A DNA stretch of 64,000 nucleotides from Alphaproteobacteria bacterium (GTDB lineage Bacteria; Pseudomonadota; Alphaproteobacteria; SHVV01): positions 4,416,001-4,480,000 of the forward strand of contig OZ253470.1 in the NCBI GenBank assembly GCA_965261735.1. The letters run 5' to 3'. A model generated the notes under the pieces. That model did not search any database and had not been told where the DNA came from. It worked only from the letters and a program-made list of their open reading frames with translations. Positions 11,684 through 21,592 of the stretch are shown here, one piece after another; positions within the stretch are counted from its first letter, which is position 1, and each line of letters starts with the position of its first letter. The position numbers and the translations under genes were made by a program.

Positions 11684-12070
11684 CGCCTGCCAGAAGGGCC
11701 TCGGCGTGCGCTTCGCCACCGCCCCCACCTGTTCCACGAGCTGATCGAGGCGCGCGACGAGAAGAGGCTGCTCCGCCTCCAGGACCAGCTCGCCAGGGTG
11801 AACCTGCTGATCGTCGACGAACTCGGCTACGTGCCCCTGTCGCAGACCGGAAGCGAGCTGCTGTTCGACGTCTTCAGCCGGCGCTACGAGAACGGCGCCA
11901 CCATCGTGACCTCAAACCTGCCCTTCCAGGAATGGACGACGGTGTTCGCCAGCGAGCGCCTCACCGGCGCGCTGCTCGGCCGCATCACTCACCATGTCCA
12001 TATCCTGGAGATGAACGGCGAGAGCTACCGGCTCAAGCAGAGCCGGTCACGACGCCGGCAACCGTCCGAA
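11684..12070 (+). pseudogene. istB: IS21-family helper ATPase IstB, 3' fragment
   Basis: LLIVDELGYVP, TIVTSNLPF, ALLGRITHH, MNGESYRLK. Confidence 0.88.
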
Positions 12071-12153
12071 TACCTGTCCCTCCCATTTATTCCATCTATC
12101 GCAGAAACCTTGGAATTTTGCATCACCACCGGATACCCTTTCCGGCATGCATA

Positions 12154-13315
12154 ATACCAACGGCACTAATTATTGACCTGAAATCGCCCAATCTCTCATT
12201 CCGATGGACATGATCGTCTCGGGCTGGTCGATTAGTTTGTTCCAGGCTTGGCAACCGGCCTCGATGATGGCGTCGTAATCTTCGAAGACGCGGTTAGAGA
12301 GCCAATTCTGGCGGAGGTATTGCCAGATGTTCTCGACCGGGTTCAGCTCGGGCGAGCGCGATGGCAGCAGGATGATGGTGAGGTTCTTGGGGACCTTGAG
12401 CTGGTCGGTGCTGTGCCACCCGGCGCGGTCCATCAGGACGACGCCATGGGCCTTGGCGGCGACGTTGCAGCTGATCTCGTCGAGATGCATCTGCATGGCG
12501 GCTGTGTTGGCGAAGGGGAGCATGAGAGCGGCACCCTTGGCTCCCATGGGACAGATTGCGCCAAAGAGGTAGGCGTTCGTGTAGCGCTGATCGGCGGGCA
12601 GGCGTGGCCTTGTTCCCTTCTTCGCCCAAATGCGCACACGCCCGTTCTTCTGTCCCAGCCTGGCCTCGTCTTGGAACCAGATCTCGACCCGCTTGGTCTT
12701 GGGCAGACCGGCTAGGTGGGCAGCGAGCGTGCGGGGGAAGTTTTTTTGAACGCCTCGATCACCCGCTGGTCCTGCTTGGGGTGCTGCGGCCGGGCGCTGA
12801 TGTGGGAGAAGGACAGCGCGACGAGAAGGTCGGAGATCGCCCGCTCGCTATAGATCACGCCAAAGCGTTCTTCGATCACCCGTTTCAGGTCAACCCGCCG
12901 CCAGCGAACCACACCGTCAATCTCTGGATCGGGGCCCGTTTCGACGATCACCGACAGTTCGCCCATCTGCTCGTCGGTCAAGAGCCGGGGGCGGCCCGCA
13001 CAGGGACGGTTCTTCAAGCCGTCTGCCCCTTCATCGTTGAAGCGGTGCGCCCAGTCTCTCAGCGTCTGGCGATCCATGCCGCCGACCTTAGCGGCTTCCG
13101 CTCGGCTCATGCCGTCGTAAACCGCCGCCAAGGCCAAAAGCCGGCGAACTTGGCGGGGATCGCGACTGTGCTTGGCCAAACACCGGAGCTCAATGCTGTC
13201 GTAGTCGTCCCGAAGAGCAATGCATACTGACATGGCGAATCTCCTTCGCCAGCCTTGAATCACATCCAGCCCAAAAAGGGAATCCCTTGCGAGTCAGAAT
13301 TTTGCGCCGTTGGTA
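12154..13315 (-). mobile_element. IS630-family element inserted at a TA
   Basis: Inverted ends TACCAACGGC; TA at 12152-12153 and 13316-13317. Confidence 0.85.
12170..13233 (-). CDS. IS630 transposase split in two ORFs with a probable programmed -1 frameshift
   Basis: HTH ORF ends FKKT at AAAAAAAC (12740-12747); second frame has WFQDEAR, MDRAGWH, SPELNPVENIW. Confidence 0.88.
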
Positions 13316-13317
13316 TA

Positions 13318-14315
13318 AGATCATCGAAATCTTCGCGGACCGCGCGGCGCTCCACACAGAAATCCTTGCCCTGCGACAGCAGGTAGCTGTCCTGAAACGG
13401 AAAAGGCCCCGGCCATCGCTTCGGAAGGCAGATAGGGTTTTCTGGGTCATCCTGTCTTGCCTATGGCCTGGCTGGCGCCACGCCCTGGTAATCGTCAGGC
13501 CCGAGACCGTCATCGGTTGGCACCGCAAGGGGTTCAGGCTTTTCTGGACATGGAAGTCGCGGCGGAGAAAGCCGGGCCGACCACCGGTGTCGAGGGAGAT
13601 CCGCCATCTGGTCCGACGGATGTCGCGGGAGAACACACGGTGGGGCGCACCTCGGATCCATGGCGAGCTTTTGAAGCTTGGCTTTTCCATCTCCCAGGCC
13701 GCCGTCTCGAAATACATGGTCCGTTACCCATCGCCGCCATCGCAGTCGTGGCGGACATTCCTTACAAATCACGCCAATTGCCTGGCGTCGATCGATTTCT
13801 TCGTGGTCCCCACGGCCACGTTCCACCTCCTGTTCGGGTTCATCGTGCTCCACCACGAGCGCCGCCAGATCGTGCATTTCGGTGTAACGGCGAACCCGAC
13901 GATGGCGTGGGTCGCACAGCAGATCCGAGAGGCATTCCCGTGGGGCACGGCGCCGCGGTACCTGATCCGCGACCGGGACGGCGCATACGGGCAATCGTTC
14001 CGCTCGACCGTGACGGCGATGGGCGTGGAAGAGGTCGTTACGGCGCCACGGAGCCCGTGGCAAAATCCGTATGTGGAACGCCTGATCGGCAGCGTGAGGC
14101 GCGAATGCCTGGACCATTCGATCATCCTCAACGAGCGGCATTTGCGGCGCATTCTTGGCTCATACCTCGACTATTATCACGGTTCAAGGACCCACTTGTC
14201 GCTCGGCAAGGACACACCGGATGGACGACCCGTTCAGCCGGCCGGGTCCGGAACGGTCGTTTCCTTGCCCAAGGTCGGCGGTCTGCATCATCGTTACGAA
14301 CGCCTCGCGGCCTGA
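13318..14315 (+). pseudogene. Integrase-core (rve) transposase of the IS481-like element, separated from its start codon (12147) by IS630
   Basis: WGAPRIHGEL, SIDFF, LIRDRD, PWQNPYVERLIGSVRRECLDH; removing IS630 restores ATG CAT AAG ATC (MHKIIEIF). Confidence 0.85.
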
Positions 14316-14533
14316 CCACTCCCGCTCGGATTCGATCAATTCCTCTCTGTGGCAACGTGGACGCTGCCGGCATCCGCATGCCCTTGCATAGGTTCGCTGG
14401 CACGATCCGGCGGAATAAGCATCGTGATGACCGCGCCCATGGTCGATTACAAAATCCACTGGCTCAAAATGATGTCCGTGCCGGAGAGCCGAGCCGTCGT
14501 TGGGAGGCACGATGGAATAAATGGAAGGGACAG

Positions 14534-14566
14534 GTTGGATTTGAACCAACGACCTTCAGGTTATGA
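14534..14566 (-). other. tRNA-Met(CAT) 3'-half remnant, probable att site
   Basis: Minus strand TCATAACCTGAAGGTCGTTGGTTCAAATCCAAC = anticodon loop, variable loop and T-arm; no D-arm or acceptor; 220 bp before an integrase. Confidence 0.75.
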
Positions 14567-14786
14567 ATTTGCGTAAAAGTTAAGCCGACAATTGCAGTCA
14601 TGCGCGCGCAAGGATGCGCTGATGTGTGATAATTGCCTATTTTACAAGGCGTTTGTGGACGGTGCAAGAGCCGATTACCATGACAACCGTGCGCACGGAT
14701 GCGCAGAGTTTGTAATCCTGATGATTCCCATGTGATTCCCAGTATGATATGGTGCTTCCCATTGCCGAACACACCGGGGATCCGCC

Positions 14787-15962
14787 ATGCCCGCTCAGAT
14801 CAAGATCACCAAGCGAATCGTCGACAGGATCACCGGCGACGGATCGGACAAGTTCTATTGGGACGACGATCTCCCCGGTTTCGGCCTGCGTGTCCGCGCC
14901 TCGGGGCGCAAGTACTATGTTGTCCAATTCCGCGCCAACGGTCGGCTACGTCGCATGACCCTGGGCCGCCATGGGGCGGTGACGCCGGAGACCGCACGGC
15001 GGCGTGCCATGGCGCTGATCTCGGAGGCCAAGGGCGGTAAGGATCCGGCCGCCCTCCGAGACAAGGGCCGCAAGGCGGCAACGATGAAGGTTCTGGGCAA
15101 GCGGTTTTTGGAAGAGTATGTCCCGGTCCATTGCAAGCCGAGCACGGCCTACGAGTACCAGCGTTCGGTGAAGTTCTTCATCGACCCCAGGATCGGAACC
15201 CGCAAGGTGACGGAGATTCAGCGGAGCGACATCGCCGAACTGCACCATGGCATGCGGGAGACTCCCTATCAGGCCAACCGGACCCTCGGGGTGCTTTCAA
15301 AAATGTTCAACTTGGCCGAGTTGTGGGGTCTGCGTCCGGACGGCTCAAACCCCTGTCTGCACGTCAAGCGCTACAAGGAGGAGAAGCGCGAACGATTCCT
15401 GAGCGCGGAGGAGTTCACCCGGCTTGGCCAGGTTCTCGACGAGATTCTGGGGGACGGATCGGAGACCCGCTCGGCGGTAGCCGCAATCCGTCTCCTGATG
15501 CTGACCGGCTGCCGGCTGTCGGAGATCCAGAAGCTGCGCTGGGACCATGTCGATCTCGACGCGGGCGAGCTGAGGTTGCCCGACACCAAAACCGGCGGGC
15601 GGGCGGTCCCGCTTGCGCCCTCCGCCGTACGGTTGCTGACCTCCCTGCCCCGCGACGAGGACAATCCATGGGTGATCGCGGGCCGCAAGCCGGGCTGGCA
15701 CCTCACCGACCTGCAGCACCCCTGGCGGCGTATCCGAGCCCGCGCCGGACTCGACGGGGTGAGAATTCACGACCTCCGCCATTCGTTCGCTTCCCGCGCG
15801 TTGGCGCTCGGCGAGGGCTTGCCCATGATCGGCAAATTGCTGGGACACACGCAGGTCCAGACGACCGCTCGATACGCCCATCTTGCCCGCGACACCGTCA
15901 AGGCATCCGCCGCCCGCATCGGAGACAGTATAGATCAGGACCTCGACGCGGCGGAGAGGTAG
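14787..15962 (+). CDS. Tyrosine integrase with N-terminal arm-type DNA-binding domain
   Basis: WDDDLPGFGLRV arm motif; TGCRLSE, HDLRHS, LGHTQVQTTARY. Confidence 0.93.
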   Translation: MPAQIKITKRIVDRITGDGSDKFYWDDDLPGFGLRVRASGRKYYVVQFRANGRLRRMTLGRHGAVTPETARRRAMALISEAKGGKDPAALRDKGRKAATMKVLGKRFLEEYVPVHCKPSTAYEYQRSVKFFIDPRIGTRKVTEIQRSDIAELHHGMRETPYQANRTLGVLSKMFNLAELWGLRPDGSNPCLHVKRYKEEKRERFLSAEEFTRLGQVLDEILGDGSETRSAVAAIRLLMLTGCRLSEIQKLRWDHVDLDAGELRLPDTKTGGRAVPLAPSAVRLLTSLPRDEDNPWVIAGRKPGWHLTDLQHPWRRIRARAGLDGVRIHDLRHSFASRALALGEGLPMIGKLLGHTQVQTTARYAHLARDTVKASAARIGDSIDQDLDAAER

Positions 15963-16153
15963 TGATTACCGGGCAACCCGCGGGTGCGGCTCACGTGGTT
16001 GTATCTGGCCCGGTCGCGAACACGCGTGGTCATTGTGCGGCAGCTCGCACGCTTGACGGCGGTTCGATTGAACTGTGTTCTCGCACGGTCGAAATCGCGC
16101 CGCTTGCTCTTCACCTGAAGCGGCACTGCTCGAGCTGAGGAGGGATTACCCTG

Positions 16154-17665
16154 GTGGCGCGGATTGCGATAGGCGGGTTTCAGCACGAGACCAACACGTT
16201 CGCGCCGGTCAATGCCACATTCGACGATTTCGCGCGAGCTGACGGCTGGCCCCCGTTGCTAATGGATGCCGGATTGGAAGGCGCCGTGGCCGGAATGAAC
16301 TTGCCGATCGCAGGCTTCATCAAAGCCGCGCGCGACCTCGGCCACCAACTGATTCCTCTCGTTTGGTGCTCGGCGACCCCGTCAGGGCCAGTTACCGAGA
16401 GCGCATTCGAGCGTATCGCCGAAATGCTGCAGTCCGGCCTGGCCGCGGCCTCGAATGTCGACGCGGTCTACCTCGACCTCCACGGCGCGATGGTCACGAC
16501 GGTTCACGCCGATGGCGAGGGCGAGCTGTTGCGCCGCATCCGGACCGTGCTGCCTCGGGACTTGCCGGTCGTAGCCAGTCTCGATCTTCACGCCAACATC
16601 ACGCCGGCCATGGTCGAGCGAGCGACGGCGCTGGTCGCCTATCGCACCTACCCCCACGTCGATATGTCGGACACCGGGCGCCGGGCCGCGGCTCTGCTGG
16701 ATCGCATCCTCGCGCGGGGCCGCCCACCGGCACGCGCCTTCCGCCAGCTCGATTATCTGATACCCATCGTGAGTCAATGTACCCTGAGCGAGCCCGCCGC
16801 GGGTCTCTACCGTGTGCTCGAGAAGCTTCAGGGCGGCGCCGTCCATTCCGTCGACTTGGCTCTCGGCTTCCCCGCCGCCGATGTCGCCGATTGCGGGCCC
16901 TCCGTCGTGGCCTACGGGTCGGACGATGGGGCGGTGAGGCAGGCCGCGGACGCGCTGTCGGACGCCATCAGCGCTGCCGAGCCAGCGTTCCGGCTCGATG
17001 TATGTTCCCCGGACGAGGGCGTCGCGCGGGCCATCGCGCATGCGGGGGAAGCCGCCCGGGGTCCGGTGATACTCGCCGACACCCAGGACAACCCCGGTGG
17101 TGGCGCCGAGAGCGACGGAGTCACGATTCTAAAGACGCTATTGCGCCACCGCGCCCAAGGGGCCGCGGTGGGTATCCTTTATGACCCTGAGGCGGCGCGT
17201 GCGGCGCACGCCGCGGGGCGAGGCGCGGAGATCAACCTCTCTGTCGGCGCGCGCTCCGGATACGGGGACGAAACACCGCTTGCCGCCCCGTTCCGGGTAG
17301 AGGCGCTGGGTGAGGGTCGGTTTTCCTGTTCCGGCCCCTACTACAAGGGATGCCGCATGGACCTTGGCCCGATGGCACGGCTTCGCACCGGCGGCATCGA
17401 CATCATCGTCGCGAGCCGTAAACAGCAGGCCGCCGATCAGGCCATGTTCCGCCACGTTGGCGTGGACCCTGCCGCCCAGAGAATACTCGCGCTCAAGAGC
17501 TCGGTGCATTTCCGAGCCGACTTCGGCCCCATCGCGCGGGAAATCCTCGTGATCGCCGCGCCCGGCCCTAATCTCGTGGATCCCGCGCAACACCGCTTCC
17601 GGCGGTTGCGCAAGGGAGTCCGCTTGCGCCCTCTCGGCCCCGCCTTCGCTGGTGCCGCCGACTGA
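16154..17665 (+). CDS. M81-family metallopeptidase (MlrC-like)
   Basis: HETNTF, LDLHGAM, LDLHAN, YRTYPHVD, DTQDNPGGG, KSSVHFRADF. Confidence 0.9.
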   Translation: MARIAIGGFQHETNTFAPVNATFDDFARADGWPPLLMDAGLEGAVAGMNLPIAGFIKAARDLGHQLIPLVWCSATPSGPVTESAFERIAEMLQSGLAAASNVDAVYLDLHGAMVTTVHADGEGELLRRIRTVLPRDLPVVASLDLHANITPAMVERATALVAYRTYPHVDMSDTGRRAAALLDRILARGRPPARAFRQLDYLIPIVSQCTLSEPAAGLYRVLEKLQGGAVHSVDLALGFPAADVADCGPSVVAYGSDDGAVRQAADALSDAISAAEPAFRLDVCSPDEGVARAIAHAGEAARGPVILADTQDNPGGGAESDGVTILKTLLRHRAQGAAVGILYDPEAARAAHAAGRGAEINLSVGARSGYGDETPLAAPFRVEALGEGRFSCSGPYYKGCRMDLGPMARLRTGGIDIIVASRKQQAADQAMFRHVGVDPAAQRILALKSSVHFRADFGPIAREILVIAAPGPNLVDPAQHRFRRLRKGVRLRPLGPAFAGAAD

Positions 17666-17688
17666 GCGGCGCCGGTAACGGAGCTCGA

Positions 17689-18393
17689 CTAGCGCTCGCT
17701 CTCGCTTTCAGCTGGACCCGGCCGCGCACTGGAGCGTTTGATATCGGACTGGGTTTCCTGGACGTTTTGCAGATGCTCGAACACGACTTGCTCGGCACGC
17801 GCGCCATCGCCGGCGCGCAGCGCGGCGACGATCTCGCGGTGCTGACTCTGATGCTGACGAACCAGCTCCGTATCGTAGAGCGGGAGCGTCTGCTCGGTGA
17901 CCGAGTAGTCGTAGTACTCCTCTATCAACTTAACGAGTAGTGCGCTGTGCGATCCCTTGGCGAGGAGGAGGTGGAAGCGAAAATTGATCTCGCGCCTCTC
18001 CACTAGGGACATTCGCTCGACCGCCGCTCCGCCGGCATCGCACGCGGCCTGTAGGGCATCGAGCTCGCGCGCGCCCATGCGCTCAGCCGCGAGGCGCGCC
18101 GCGAACCCCTCGAGGCGCTGGCGAATCCCGAGGATAACCGCCCCATCGGCGACCACATCGCCGACGACGAGGCCACCGCCGCGAACGCGGTGCACGAGCC
18201 CCTCCGCCTCGAGGCGCGACAACGCCTCGCGAATCGGGGTCCGGCTAACGCCGAGCATGTCGGCGAGCTGGGTCTCGATCAACCGAGCCCCGGGTGCGAG
18301 CCGCCCCTGGACGATCGCCTGGCGCAGCTCGCGGTGAGCCTGATTCACCGCCGTCACTGGCGTCACGATCTTGGCGAGGATCTGATCCGTCAC
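17689..18393 (-). CDS. GntR/FCD-family transcriptional regulator
   Basis: LGVSRTPIREAL HTH; FCD-like NFRFH and H...IVAAL. Confidence 0.92.
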   Translation of the reverse strand: MTDQILAKIVTPVTAVNQAHRELRQAIVQGRLAPGARLIETQLADMLGVSRTPIREALSRLEAEGLVHRVRGGGLVVGDVVADGAVILGIRQRLEGFAARLAAERMGARELDALQAACDAGGAAVERMSLVERREINFRFHLLLAKGSHSALLVKLIEEYYDYSVTEQTLPLYDTELVRQHQSQHREIVAALRAGDGARAEQVVFEHLQNVQETQSDIKRSSARPGPAESESER

Positions 18394-18408
18394 CGGCCCC
18401 CCCCCCTC

Positions 18409-19584
18409 TCAGCGGACGAACAAGCGGCGCTCGACGCTGGTCAGGCGCTCGCACCCGTCGGCCGCTACCAGGATCGTATCGCTGAACGCCATCCCCCGCG
18501 CCGCACCATACATGTGGAACACCATGCCCTCCTCCAGGACCCACTCGGCGCTCGGTAGAAAGCAGCGCGTGAAGTCGCTCGTTCTCGGCGTTCCCAGAAA
18601 GCCGATCGTGTAACCGGTGGTGTTGTCGTAGCGCTCGCGCAGCCCGGCCGCTATTGCTCCCTCGCGCAGGATGCGGTCGACCTCGCGCGCCCGCGCGCCG
18701 GGCCGCATCGCGGCGAATTGCCTCTCCTGGAGGTCGATCAGGCGCTCCGCGGCGCCCACCGTCTCGGGCGCCGGATCGCCAATGATGGCCGAGCGCATCA
18801 GCCGCGCGCTATAGCCGCGATAGGCCGGGATAGACTCGACGTGCAGGATATCGCCGGCCTCGAGAACGTGATGACCAAGGGCGCCATGAAGCGAGTCCGA
18901 ACGCCTCCCGCTGGCGATCAACGCCATGCGGCCGTTGTCGGCCCCCTCTCTGATCGCCGTGGCATATAGCGCGGCCGCCGCCTCGCGCTCGCCCTTACCA
19001 GGCCCGGCGGCGTCGATCGCCGCGAGCATGGCCGCATCGGCAATCCGTGCGGCTTCACGCAAGTAAGCGATTTCTTGGGCCGACTTCCTGATGCGCATCT
19101 CCCAAAGGACACGGGAGAAGTCAATGAAACGCGCGTGTGGCAGAGCCGCCTTGATCGATTCGTGTCGCCACACCGGCAAGTAGTGCGAGTCCGTTTCGAC
19201 CGCAAACGTTTGGTGCTCCCAACCGCGGCGCGTGATTTCTCGCCGCAACACTTCTGTGGGATCCTCCGAGTCGGTGAAGCACGTGTAGTCGCGTACCCAC
19301 GATTGCTCGAGGAACGTCGGCTCGTCGAGCCCGCGCAGGACCATCACTGGCGTGCCGGCGGCCGGAATGATGGCGACCTGATACATCGATCCGCCCGGCA
19401 TGAAGCCCGTGACGTAACCGAGATGCTCGAAGGAGTCGGCGAGCAGGAAGTCGGCGCCGCGCTCACTCAGCTTGGCCTGCACTGCGTCCAACCTGGCGCG
19501 ATACTCGCCGTCGCTGAACGCGCGGGGCCCGGCGGGCCGATCCGCAGACGGCCGATGCTCCATCCCGCTGCTCGCGTCGTTCAT
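18409..19584 (-). CDS. M24-fold hydrolase, creatinase/ectoine hydrolase (DoeA)-like
   Basis: RIRKSAQEIAYLREA; metal ligands replaced (TGYTIG, GMVFHMY). Confidence 0.8.
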   Translation of the reverse strand: MNDASSGMEHRPSADRPAGPRAFSDGEYRARLDAVQAKLSERGADFLLADSFEHLGYVTGFMPGGSMYQVAIIPAAGTPVMVLRGLDEPTFLEQSWVRDYTCFTDSEDPTEVLRREITRRGWEHQTFAVETDSHYLPVWRHESIKAALPHARFIDFSRVLWEMRIRKSAQEIAYLREAARIADAAMLAAIDAAGPGKGEREAAAALYATAIREGADNGRMALIASGRRSDSLHGALGHHVLEAGDILHVESIPAYRGYSARLMRSAIIGDPAPETVGAAERLIDLQERQFAAMRPGARAREVDRILREGAIAAGLRERYDNTTGYTIGFLGTPRTSDFTRCFLPSAEWVLEEGMVFHMYGAARGMAFSDTILVAADGCERLTSVERRLFVR

Positions 19585-19606
19585 GGGCCTCCTCGATCGA
19601 GAGGGC

Positions 19607-20734
19607 CTAGCATAGGCTGATTAACTCCTTAGGCGCCGTACTGAAGACCTCGCAGCCGTCCTGCGTGACCGCCGTGATGTTCTCGATGCGCACGCCCCAG
19701 CGCCCCGGAATGTAGATACCCGGCTCGTTCGAGAACGTCATGCCCGGCTCGAGCGGCGTCTCATTGCCCTCGACGATGTAGGGGTGCTCGTGCGCGTCGA
19801 TGCCGATGCCGTGCCCCACCCGATGGATGAAGTAGGAGCCGTAGCCCGCATCCGCGATCACGCGTCGCGCGGCGCGATCGATCTCCTGGCAGCTTACGCC
19901 GGGGCGTATGGCGGCTTGCGCGGCCTCGTGCGCGGCCCGGTCGATATCGTAGATTTCGACGAAGGCCGGGTCCGGTTCTCCGGCCACCGGCGTGCGGCAC
20001 GTGTCGGCCCAATAGCCGTCGAGCGAGGCCGCGAAATCGATGACCACCGGATCGCCGGGCTCGACGACGCGATGCGACCAATGATGCAGCGGAGAGGCGC
20101 CGTTGGGGCCGCTGCCGACGTCGCACCAGCCGATCTCCTCCATCCCGTGTGCCGTCATGAGTTCGCGCAGCCTTGTCTGAATGTCGAACTCGGTGCGCCC
20201 GATGAGGGTGTCGGTGGTGCAGAACTCGCCCCATAGAGCGTCGAAGCGCCGCGTGGCCTCGCGCAAGCCCGCGATCTCGCTGTCGTCCTTGACGCGGCGC
20301 AGGCGCGACAGCACCTCGGCACCATCGCGATACTGCGCATCCGGCACAGCCTGCTGTAGGCGCAGTAGAAAGCCGCTCCACAGATGGTCGTTGACCGCCA
20401 GCGACCGTGCCCCGTGGCGTCGGGCGAGCTCGGCGACCAATGCGATCGGGTCCTGCGTCTCGTCCCAATCGATTACTTTCGCATCGATCGGCAGGCCGTC
20501 GAGCAATGGCCGCTGCAGCTTCGGGACGATCATGGTCGGCGGCCCCTCGACCGGGATCGCCAGGGCCGAGAGCCGCTCGGTCAGGGGCATGCGACGGCCA
20601 AGGAGGTAGAACTGGTCAGCCGAGGGGGCGATGATCAGGAGGTCGAGCTCGTGCTCCGCCATTACCATAGTGGTGCGTTCCAGGCGACCGGCGGCGACGG
20701 CGCGTTGGGCCTCGGTTGGCGTTGGCGCAGGCAT
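19607..20734 (-). CDS. Xaa-Pro peptidase (M24B)
   Basis: Canonical ligands: IDF...DTCRT, HRVGHGIGIDAHE, NEPGIY, RIEN. Confidence 0.9.
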   Translation of the reverse strand: MPAPTPTEAQRAVAAGRLERTTMVMAEHELDLLIIAPSADQFYLLGRRMPLTERLSALAIPVEGPPTMIVPKLQRPLLDGLPIDAKVIDWDETQDPIALVAELARRHGARSLAVNDHLWSGFLLRLQQAVPDAQYRDGAEVLSRLRRVKDDSEIAGLREATRRFDALWGEFCTTDTLIGRTEFDIQTRLRELMTAHGMEEIGWCDVGSGPNGASPLHHWSHRVVEPGDPVVIDFAASLDGYWADTCRTPVAGEPDPAFVEIYDIDRAAHEAAQAAIRPGVSCQEIDRAARRVIADAGYGSYFIHRVGHGIGIDAHEHPYIVEGNETPLEPGMTFSNEPGIYIPGRWGVRIENITAVTQDGCEVFSTAPKELISLC

Positions 20735-20749
20735 CGGGCCCTCCCCGTC

Positions 20750-21592
20750 TTAGTTCGCGCGCGCCGTTGGCTGGACATAGCCGCGCGCGCGCCTCAGCAA
20801 ACCCAGCGAAATAAGGACCAACAGAGCGACGCCAATCAGGAAGGAGCTGACGGCTGCGATGGTTGGCTCGATCTCGAGAAGGACGCTATTCCAGATCCGG
20901 ACCGCAAGGGTTTGCGCATTGGGGCCGCCGAGGAAAAGCGGAATGATGAGCTCATCGAATGAGGTCAGGAATGCGAACAGGGCTCCTGACATAATGCCCG
21001 GCGCGATCATCGGCAGAGTGACGCGGCGAAACGCGGTGGCCGGTCCTGCACCTAGACTGATCGCGGCCTGCTCGATGCGCTCGTCGAACCCCTGCAGCGT
21101 CGCCGAGACGATGATGACCACGATCGGCAGGGCGACGATCGTGTGGCCGAGGGCAATGGCGAGGACCGTTCCGACAATGCCGAGCCGCGCGAAGAAGAAG
21201 AAGGTGCCAATCGCCGTGACGATGACTGGGACGATCATGGGCGAAAGGATCACCGCATAAATCAGCGTTTTGCCACGAAAGCGGCCGCGCACCAGCGATA
21301 GCGACGCGAGCAACCCGAGCACCGAGGTTAGCACCATTGACAGCGTGGCGACTTCGATACTAACCCAGACCGATTCCAGCCATTCGGGCCGGCTGAAGAA
21401 TCGCTCGTACCATTGCAGGGAGATGCCGGTGGGCGGGAAAGTGAGGTACTGCGCCGGGCTGAAGGACACCGGCACGATGACGAGAAGGGGCCCGATCAGG
21501 AACAGGATGCCGAGACCCGCGGCGAGGTAAAGAGCGAGCAGCTTGCCGGCACGCCGCCAGCTCTGGAGGAGATGGCCAACGAAGGCCATCAC
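20750..21592 (-). CDS. ABC transporter permease (PotC-like)
   Basis: EQAAISLGA EAA loop, FLTSFDE; hydrophobic helices. Confidence 0.92.
   Translation of the reverse strand: MMAFVGHLLQSWRRAGKLLALYLAAGLGILFLIGPLLVIVPVSFSPAQYLTFPPTGISLQWYERFFSRPEWLESVWVSIEVATLSMVLTSVLGLLASLSLVRGRFRGKTLIYAVILSPMIVPVIVTAIGTFFFFARLGIVGTVLAIALGHTIVALPIVVIIVSATLQGFDERIEQAAISLGAGPATAFRRVTLPMIAPGIMSGALFAFLTSFDELIIPLFLGGPNAQTLAVRIWNSVLLEIEPTIAAVSSFLIGVALLVLISLGLLRRARGYVQPTARAN

Larger units (their letters stand above)
12075..14532 (+). mobile_element. IS481-like element (TGT...ACA ends) carrying a nested IS630
   Basis: 22-bp inverted repeats TGTCCCT(C/T)CCATTTATTCCATC at 12075-12096 and 14511-14532. Confidence 0.8.

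Noticed and set aside
14534-14566. Functional tRNA-Met gene
   Set aside because: 5' half and acceptor stem are absent
16154-17665. Microcystin degradation (mlr) cluster
   Set aside because: M81 family only; no MlrA, MlrB or MlrD-like neighbours
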